From Rebecca billardiae RCC1528 (lineage: Eukaryota; Protista; Haptophyta), in NCBI GenBank assembly GCA_965240325.2, contig OZ251230.1, positions 744,001 through 808,000 on the forward strand: a stretch of DNA of 64,000 bases. Direction: 5' to 3'. The notes below the pieces were generated by a model that searched no databases, was not told where the DNA came from, and was given only the letters and a program-made list of their open reading frames with translations. The translations under genes were made by a program, and so were the position numbers. Positions 48,801 through 58,096 of this stretch are shown piece after piece (position 1 is the first letter of the stretch; each line of letters begins with the position of its first letter).

Positions 48801-51800
48801 CACACGCGAGCGCACACGCATCGGCGCACGCGCGCCGATGCGTGTGCGCGTGACGGGGTCGCGGGCGCTCGAGGCGCGCGCATGCATGCTGCATCGCGTG
48901 CGCCATTGCACACGCCGCTCAGCCGCGCCCCGCCCCGCGCCCTCCCCTGCGCGCAGTGCCACCCGCGTGGGTGACGAGGGTGCCACGCAGCTCGGCGCCG
49001 CCCTCGCGTCGGGCAAGACGCGCCTGCGGGCGCTGCACCTCTAGTGAGCGCTGGGGTGGGCACTCGGCGCGGCGTGCGGCGCGTGGACGGTGGGTGGCGG
49101 GGGAGGAGGGTGGTTGGCGTGCATCGTCACGGGCATCGATGCGCTCGAGCCCGGGCCGCCGCCGCGCGCGCCGCGCCGAGCGCCGCGCCGCCGCCGCCGC
49201 GCACGCCGCACGCTGCGGCGGCGGCACGCACACGCGAGCGCGCGCGCATCGGCGCACGCGCGCCGATGCGTGCGCGCGTGACGGGCGGGCGGGAGCTTGC
49301 GGCGCGCGCATGCATGCTGCATGGCGCGCGCCATCGCACACGCCGCTCAGCCGCGCCCCGCCCCGCGCCCTCCCCTGCGCGCAGTGACACCCACGTGGGT
49401 GACGAGGGTGCCACGCAGCTCGGCGCCGCCCTCGCGTCGGGCAAGACGCGCCTGCGGGTGCTGGGCCTCAGGTGAGCGCTGGGGTGGGCACTCGGCGCGG
49501 CGCGTGGTGCGTGGATGTTGGACGGCGGGGGAGGAGGGTGGGTGACGCGCATCGTCACGGGCATCGATGCGCGCGAGCCCGGGCTGCCGCGCGCGCCCCG
49601 CGCCGAGCGCCGCGCCGCCGCCGCCGAGCGGGCCGCACGCTGCGGCAGCGGCGGCGCGCACACGCGAGCGCGCGCGCATCGGCGCACGCGCGCCGATGCG
49701 TGCGCGCGAGACGGGGGTGCTGGAGCTTGCGGCGCGTGCATGCATGCTGCATCGCGTGTGCCATCGCACACGCCGCTCAGCCGCGCCCCGCCCCGCGCCC
49801 TCCCCTGCGCGCAGTGACACCCGCGTGGGTGACGAGGGTGCCACGCAGCTCGGCGCCGCCCTCGCGTCGGGCAAGACGCGCCTGCGGGAGCTGTACCTCT
49901 GGTGAGCGCTGGGGTGGGCACTCGGCGCGGCGCGCGGTGCGTGGACGGTGGGCGGCGGGGGAGGAGGGTGGGTTGCGTGCGTTGTCACGGGCATCGATGC
50001 GCGCGAGCCCGGGCCACCACGCGCGCCCCGCGCCGAGCGCCGCGCCGTCGCCGCCGCGCGCGCCGCACGCTGCGGCAGTGGTCGCGCGCACACGCGAGCG
50101 CACACGCATCGGCGCACGCGCGCCGATGCGTGTGCGCGTGACGGGGTCGCGGGCGCTCGAGGCGCGCGCATGCATGCTGCATCGCGTGCGCCATTGCACA
50201 CGCCGCTCAGCCGCGCCCCGCCCCGCGCCCTCCCCTGCGCGCAGTCGCACCGGCGTGGGTGACGAGGGTGCCACGCAGCTCGGCGCCGCCCTCGCGTCGG
50301 GCAAGACGCGCCTGCGGGTGCTGAGCCTCCAGTGAGCGCTGGGGTGGGCACTCGGCGCGGCGTGCGGCGCGTGGACGGTGGGTGGCGGGGGAGGAGGGTG
50401 GGTGGCGCACAGCACCATAGGCATCGATGCGCGCGAGCCCGGGCGGCCGCGCGCGCGCCGCGCCGAGCGCGGCGCCGCCACCACCGCGCACGGCGCACGC
50501 TGCGGCAGCGGCGGCGCGCACACGCGAGCGCGCGCGCATCGGCGCACGCGCGCCGATGAGTGCGCGCGTGTCGGGGGCGCGGGAGCTTGCGGCGCGCACG
50601 TTTGCATGCTGCATCACGTGCGCCATCGCACACGCCGCTCAGCCGCGCCCCGCCCCGCGCCCTCCCCTGCGCGCAGTCGGACCCGCGTGGGTGACGAGGG
50701 TGCCACGCAGCTCGGCGCCGCCCTCGCGTCGGGCAAGACGCGCCTGCGGGTGCTGAACCTCTTGTGAGCGCTGGGGTGGGCACTCGGCGCGGCGCGCGGC
50801 GCGTGGACGGTGGGCGGCGGGGGAGGAGGCTGGGTGGCGATCATCGTCACGGGCATCGATGCGCACGAGCCCGGGCCGCCGCCGCGCGCGCCGCGCCGAG
50901 CGCCGCGCCGCCGCCGCCGCGCGCGCCGCACGCTGCGGCGGCGGCGGCACGCACACGCGAGCGCGCGCGCATCGGCGCACGCGCGCCGATGCGTGCGCGC
51001 GTGACGGGCGGGCGGGAGCTTGCGGCGCGCGCATGCATGCTGCATCGCGCGCGCCATCGCACACGCCGCTCAGCCGCGCTCCGCCCCGCGCCCTCCCCTG
51101 CGCGCAGTCTCACCGGCGTGGGTGACGAGGGTGCCACGCAGCTCGGCGCCGCCCTCGCGTCGGGCAAGACGCGCCTGCGGAAGCTGGACCTCGAGTGAGC
51201 GCTGGGGTGGGCACTCGGCGCGGCGCGTGGTGCGTGGATGATGGACGGCGGGGGAGGAGGCTGGGTGACGCGCATCGTCACGGGCATCGATGCGCGCGAG
51301 CCCGGGCTGCCGCGCGCGCCCCGCGCCGAGCGCCGCGCCGCCGCCGCCGAGCGGGCCGCACGCTGCGGCAGCGGCGGCGCGCACACGCGAGCGCGCGCGC
51401 ATCGGCGCACGCGCGCCGATGCGTGCGCGCATGACGGGGGCGCGGGAGCTTGCGGCGCGCGCATGCATGCTGCCTCACGTGCGCCATCGCACACGCCGCT
51501 CAGCCGCGCCCCGCCCCGCGCCCTCCCCTGCGCGCAGTCGCACCGGCGTGGGTGACGAGGGTGCCACGCAGCTCGGCGCCGCCCTCGCGTCGGGCAAGAC
51601 GCGCCTGCGGGAGCTGCGCCTCGGGTGAGCGCTGGGGTGGGCACTCGGCGCGGCGCGCGGCGCGTGGACGGTGGGCGGCGGGGGAGGAGGCTGGGTGGCG
51701 ATCATCGTCACGGGCATCGATGCGCACGAGCCCGGGCTACCGCGCGCGCGCCGCGCCGAGCGCCGCGCCGCCGCGGCCGCGCGCGCCGCACGCTGCGGCA

Positions 51801-54800
51801 GCGGCGGCGCGCACACGCGAGCGCGCGCGCATCGGCGCACGCGCGCCGATGCGTGCGCGCGTGACGGGGGCGCGGGCGCTTGCGGCGCGCGCATGGATGC
51901 TGCATCGCGTGCGCCATCGCACACGCCGCTCAGCCGCGCCCCGCCCCGCGCCCTCCTCTGCGCGCAGTTACACCCCCGCGTCTGACGAGGTCAAGGAACG
52001 CGTCAATCAGGCCCTGGAGGCGAACAGTGCTCGGCTGCAGCAGGAGCCACCCAGGTGCAAGGGGGGGGGGGGGGGCACAACGCGCCGCGCCCGTGCATGC
52101 GCGGGGCGGGCGGGAAAGGGGGCAGCGGCTGGCTGTGATTGGCCGCCCCATGCGCAACGCACCCCGGCTCTGCCACCGCACGCCCGTGGCACGCGCTTGG
52201 CCGCCGCTCACGTGCGCACCTCGCCCACCGCCTGCCTGCGCGCGCAGTGATGACTCTGCTGACGACTCTGCTGATGACTCTGCTGACGACTCTGCTGACG
52301 ACTCTGCTGACGACTCGGCCTCTGGCGACGAGGCGGAGGCGGAGGAGCCGGAGACCGCGCTCGAGGCGCTCGCGGAGCGGCGGCGCGCTGCGGACGCCGC
52401 GCGCGCCGCGCTCGGCGCCGAGCAGGCGGCCATCCGCGCCGCCCTCGGCCGCGGCGGCGTGGACGAGGCGCGGCTGGCGCGGCGCGACGCGCGCCGTGCC
52501 GAGCTGGGCGCCGCGCTCGAGGCGCTCGGCGCGTGCGCGCTCGACGCGCACGCGGACTCGCAGCAGCGCGCGGCGGCGCTGCGTCGCGAGGCGCGCGCGT
52601 TGCGCGCGGCGCTCGAGCGCGCGGGCACGCCACAGCAGCCGCGCGCGCCAGCGGGCGACGGGTCCGCTCCGGCGCCCCTGCCGCCGTCTCGCGCGCTCGA
52701 GCGCGCGGTGGGCGCGGCGGTGCGCGCGCACGACGGCGCAGCGCCGCCCTCCGCCGCGGGCGGTGGCGGCGCGGCGCTCGCTGCCGCGTGGGCGGAGGTC
52801 GCGCGCCAGGCCATCGCCCTCGCGGCGCGCGGCACGTACGCCGACGCGGACGACGGCGCGTGCGCCTCGGCGTGGGCGCTCGCCATGCCCGGCCTGTGCG
52901 ACGCGGCGCGCGCTGCCGCCACAGGCGGCGGTGGCCTGACCGACGCGGCGCGTGCGCGCGCGGCCGCGTGCGACGAGCTCGCCGCAGTGGCCGAGCGCGC
53001 GCGCACGATCGCGCGCGAGGCGGAGGCGGAGGCGCGCGAGCTCCGCGCGCTGCCGTCCGCCGAGCGCGCGCACGGCGCGCACGAGCTGCGCGAGCGCGAG
53101 GAGGCGTGCAGGGCGGCTGCGCGCGCGCTGCGCCTCGCGCGCCGCGCTCTAGAAGATGCTCAGGACGACGGCGGCGACGTGGACGGCGCACAGCGCGCGC
53201 TCGTCGACGCGCAGCGGCGCGCGCAGCGCACGCAGCGCGCGCGCGAGCGCTCGCTCGACCGCCTGTACGAGCTGGCGGGCGGGCCGTTCCCCGAGCTGCC
53301 CGCGATGCTGCCCGAGGCGTTCGACGGCGCGGGCGCGCTGCCCGCGGGCGCGCGGCCCGCGTGGCTGCACGGCCGCACGCTCGCGCAGTACGAGCCGTGC
53401 GAGTGGCCCGACGGCGCGGCGCCCGGCCGCGCGCGGCACGAGGTGCTGCTGCGCGCGTTCGCGGGCGAGCGCGTCGTGCTCAAGGTGTACCCGCTGGCGA
53501 GCGACACGGAGCGCCGGCTGCTCGGGCGCGAGGTGGAGTTTGCGCGGGCGCACGCGCACCCACACCTCGCGCGCGTGGCGGGCGTCTTTGTCGACGAGCC
53601 GCGCGGCGCGCGCTGCGCGCTCGTGCAGACGCCGCTCTACTCGGGCGGCACGCTGCGCGGCTGGCTCGAGCGCGACGAGGCGGCGGCGGGCTTGCCGCCC
53701 GAGGCGGTGCGCGGCGGCGCGCCGGGCGCGCGTATGCTCGAGCCGGCGCACGCGCGCGTCGCGCCCGTGCGCGTGCGCGCGCTGCGGCAGCTGCTGGGCG
53801 CGCTCGCGCACCTGCACGCGCGCGGCGCGGTGCACGGCGACGTGAAGCTCGAGAACGCGTTCGTGCAGCTGCCGGGCGACGACGCGGCGGAGCGGCCGCT
53901 CGGCGCGGCCGAGCCGTTCCGCATGCTGCTCGGCGACTTTGACCTGGCGCGCGTGGAGGAGGCGCTGCAGCACGCGGCTGGCGGCGGCGTGCCGAGCGCG
54001 ACGACGCGCGCGGGCGCGGGCACCGAGGGCCACATGGCGCCCGAGCTGCTCGTGCCCGGCGCGCGCGCGAGCGCGGCGTCGGACGTGTTCGCGTTCGGCG
54101 TGTGCGTGCTGCGCGCGCTCGCGGCCGACGAGCCGACGCGCGCCGCGCTCGTGGGCTCGCTCGAGGGCGCGCGCGCCGCGGCGGCTGCGCTGGGCGAGCC
54201 GCTCGTCGTGGCCGCGCTGTCGGACGCGCCGGGCGCGCGGCCGAGCGCGGCGCAGCTCGAGGGCGCGGCGCTGTGGGCGGCGAGCGACGAGGCGCTGCGC
54301 GCGGCCGAGGCCGAGCGCGAGGCGGCGGCCGCGAGCGCGCGCGCCGCGCTGCGCACGTGCGCGGTGTGCTTGGACGAGGAGGTGCCGCCGGACGAGTGCG
54401 CCGAGTGCGCGGGCGGCGGGCACGCGGTGTGCTCGCTCTGCCTCTCCATGCACGTGCAGGTGTGCGCGCAGCCCGACGGCGGCGGCGGCGCGGCGCTCGA
54501 CGCGGACGGGCGCGTGCCGTGCGTCGAGGCGGGCACTGGCTGCGCGCACGCGTACCTAGACGGCGAGCTCGCGCGCCGCACGACCGCCGCGGCGTTTGGC
54601 GCGTACTGGCGCGCGCGCGAGCAGCACGCCGAGGCGCGCGGCGAGGAGCGGGCGGCCGAGCGCGCGCGCGCCGAGGCCTTGCGCCTCGCGGCGCTCAGCG
54701 CGGCCGAGCGCGTGCGCGAGCAGCGGCGCGCGCACATCATCGATCATATCCTCACGCTCAAGTGCCCGCGCTGCGGCATGGCGTTTGCCGAGTGGCTCGA

Positions 54801-55122
54801 CGGCGCGCGCGGCTTCGACGGCTGCTGCGCGCTGCAGTGCGCGCGCGATCGGTGCGGCTGCCACTTCTGCGCCTACTGCCTCGCCGACTGCGGCGCCGAC
54901 GCGCACGCGCACGTGCGCGGCTGCGAGCACGGCAACGGCACGCACTTTGCGCAGCGCGGCGAGTTTGAGGCGGCGCAGCGCGCGCGGCGCGAGCGCGCGC
55001 TGCGCAGCTACCTCGCCGCCGAGGCGGGCGCGGACGACGCGGCGCGCCGAGCGATCGTCGCGTCCGTCGAGCGCGAGCTGCGCGACCTCCGCATCGACCC
55101 AGACGCACTCGCGCGCGAGTGA
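45865..55122 (+). CDS. LRR - kinase - RING/RBR-like protein, copy 5 (13 LRR exons)
   Basis: Exons 45865-46055; LRR exons start at 46383, 46812, 47242, 47669, 48099, 48527, 48957, 49385, 49815, 50245, 50677, 51108, 51538; cap 51968-52054; terminal 52248-55122. Confidence 0.85.
46056..51967 (+). repeat. Intron + LRR-exon cassettes, array 5
   Basis: Same ~430-bp unit, 13 exons. Confidence 0.95.
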
Positions 55123-55361
55123 CCGATGGGCCCCGGGGGCGTCAGCTGCGCGCAGTCGGGTGCGGGCGGGCACGAGAGCACGAGCTGAGTGCGATGATGC
55201 TCGGCGGGGGCCACGTGCGCGGATGCACCGCCACGCTGAACACGCTGGTGCCGAATCGCACGTGGCGGCTGGGGGCGCTCACCCAGCTCCGCGCCGTCGA
55301 GATCTCCGAGCCGGAGCTACGCCGGCCGCGGAGGGGCGTCGGGGAGAGGGATGAGACGGAG

Positions 55362-56159
55362 GCGCGTGCTGCACTGACGCGTCGGCTGGCAGCAGCTCAG
55401 CCGCGCGCTCCAGTGAACGGCGCACGGTGAACGAGTTGGCGACCTTCTCCTTCGTGCTGACGAAATCGCACAGCTTGCCGAGGAGGATCCCCGCCCACTT
55501 GTGCGCGTACCCATTACACGCGTCCACGGCGACGGCGGCGTCGGCGAGCTCGATCCCCGACCGGATCAGCTCCTCGCGCCGCGCCGTGTCATCAGCCGCC
55601 TGCTCGGACAGCTCGTAGCGCGCGCGCGCACGCCGCCAGAGGAGCTCGACGTCGTCAGCCGCGGGTGCAGCGGAGGGCTCCTGCTCGAGCAGTGCGTACA
55701 GCGCTTCGTATTCGCCCGCGGCGTGCATCTCGTCCGCGCGCGAGAAGCGCGCTGGGCTCTCTTCGAGCGGCGGTGCCATCTGCCCACTCGGCCTCTCGAG
55801 GCTGGTCGCACTCCCGGCGTCAGGTGAGGCCGAGCCGTCTAGTGCAGCCCGCTCTGCAGCCTCGCCCGGTGCGGTAGCATCGGGCTTGCGGCGGCGATAG
55901 AGCCGCAGCGGGGAAAGGCGCGAGAGAAGCCGACGTACGCGGCCAGGCCGCGCTGAAGCTCCCTCCTCCTCACGTTCCTCCTCGCAGTAGGACGAATCAA
56001 CCATCACGGCAACACATGTGCGTGCAGGCGAAGGCGGCAGGAGCCGTTGCATCTGGGCGCGAGGGTCGGAGATGAGCCTGGCCAGTGCGTGCGAGGAATG
56101 TGGGCACCACCAAAGGGCACGGCGGCGAGCACTAGCTGTAGCACGACGGCCAACCGCAT
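55362..56159 (-). pseudogene. RMD1-like copy 6, truncated and frameshifted
   Basis: Homologous to 1518-2310 with several 2-6-bp insertions. Followed by the promoter motif up to ~56257, then by unrelated DNA. Confidence 0.8.
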
Positions 56160-58096
56160 TACGCGGCCGTCCACCGCCGCGGGAGATTGGGCAGCCATCC
56201 GCAAGACGACTCATCATCGCGCTCGTCACGAAAAGCCGCTGAGACGTAGACGAAAATAACCCCTCTTAGACCACAGTGTCTAACGAGAACTTTAGTCGGG
56301 CCAGCCGTCGGCGGCCCTTGGCAACATAGCCACTGACGGCCGGTAGAGGCCGGCAGTAAGGCAGGATACAGGCGGAGGCTCTCACCAGAGTTGGCGGCGC
56401 CGCGCGCGCCGCGCGCGCGCGCAAGAGAGACTCCATTCGGATCGTAGCTGGCAGCCAAGGGCCCAGTAGGCAGCCGAACGCGTGAGGCCTCGGAGAGAGG
56501 TAGCTGGCAAATGGAACATCCGGGACGTACAAACGTACGACTCGGATGCAGCCGTACGGGCAATACGTATGATGCAGAGGTACACTGTCGCGCCACAGGA
56601 AGTGATGATGAAGTACGGTCAGTCATCGCCGCCGCGCGCGCGCGCGCGCCAGTGCAGAAGTGAGAGGACAGGCGGAGCCGGGACCAAACGCGGAGCCCAC
56701 GAAGGCAGAGGCTCGTGCGACACACGAGGATCACACGCCGAGCGAGGACCGTGGCCGGGTGCGGCCCCCGAGCAGCGGGCAGAGGCGATCCATCGACGGT
56801 CGCCGCACCGAGTGGCAGCCATCGTCTTGCGGCGAAGTCTTCCGGCCGGGCACGCCTCCTGCGCCGCGCCCCTGGCGCGGAGCGTGGACGGGCGCAGGTT
56901 TGCGCCTAGCGCCGGCGCATCTTGGGCGCGTGCCCGTCGAAGAGCAAGTGTTTGCGTCGCGCTTCGAAGGAGGGGGCTGGCACCTATCTTGGGGAGGGAG
57001 GCTCGAAGACGGCATGCCGGCTGAAGAGCAGGGTCGCTCCCCCCCGCACAGTAGGAATCAAAGCTCTTTCGTTGGTTGGTATGGATCGATTGACATTGTA
57101 TAGAGGGCGACATACATTGTATCCTCCGGGTCGAGAGTCTCGACAGCTGCGTTGAACAATCGTGTTGAGTGACGATGCTGTGTCTGCGGTAGCTCGCGAG
57201 CTCCGCCCAGCGCGCCTAACTACACTGGACCTTGCGGCGGACGCACTCATCAGTGGAACCACATACGATGAGTGCACGCACGCACAGAGCAAGCCCAGAG
57301 GTGGGAAGGAAGCCACTCGAGTACTGGTTTGGCAGGCTTAGAAGCTTTCCTTGGAGTTGACGATGTTGAATCCCACGTTACAGTGACGATCGAGGTAGTT
57401 GGGCCTCCTGCATCAGGCTGTGGAGGTTGAGTGACGACACTGTGTTTGCGGAACTGCTCGCGAGCGCCGCCCAGTTGATTTACTCAGCTGATCAACAATC
57501 GATGCATAGGGTATACATACAGTATGGGGAACGATCTGCTCGGGGTAGAGAGTCTTGAAAGCCTGTAGTGGGCCCAAAGTCTTTCCCTCTGGAGTTGACA
57601 AGTACCGCTGATACAACCGACTACCGAGCCAAAACATCATGAACTGAGCTGAGAGGGCTGCGCTGGACATTAATAAACGTGAAAGAGTAGGCTGTTGACA
57701 TTCAATCAACAGCCACTCCAGTAGCGGTTCAGCCTCTGTGCTGGTGACTCGCGGGGTGTAGGGGGGCGGTACAGCCGCTTGCCCAACCCCCACGACTCAC
57801 TTAGACCCACCCCCCGGTAGGGACGCTGACTGACGATTCAGATGCGACCCATCTTCATCTTCTGTCTGTGTCCCTGCCGGGGGAACAATTCCCGCCGGGT
57901 GCAAGCCGTGGAGCACCCCTCAGTGGCAGTCGGCAGATACTGGGTTAGGGGGCGGGTAATAAATCCCCTGAATACGTCGCCGTGGAGCAGAGAGAGTGGC
58001 GAACTCGCTGTCACGTTGAAAAAAAGAACAGCCCTCTTACTGTCAGCGGCAGCAGTAGGAGCAAACGGACCGCACTATCCCCGACTGGGGTCCTGC

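Noticed and set aside
4777-49044. Apparent premature stops at LRR ends (CTC-TAG at 4777, 5202, 12254, 41168, 49042, and the TGA after every repeat)
   Set aside because: They overlap the GTGAG donor. The spliced codon is TA|T (Tyr), so the genes are not pseudogenes.
2650-51967. CRISPR-like or non-coding satellite reading of the ~430-bp repeats
   Set aside because: The 'spacers' are homologous introns with GT-AG ends, the conserved part encodes an in-frame LRR, and there are no cas genes.
2347-55430. Hundreds of Arg/Ala/Pro-rich ORFs, including ~1000-aa antisense ORFs (6187-9375, 13904-16933, 29368-32601)
   Set aside because: They are translations of GC-rich introns or shadows of the kinase exon, with no recognisable motifs.
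57160-57793. Possible DIRS methyltransferase or LRR remnant, and minus-strand ORF 57413-57793
   Set aside because: Only weak motif hints broken by stop codons; not supportable without a search.
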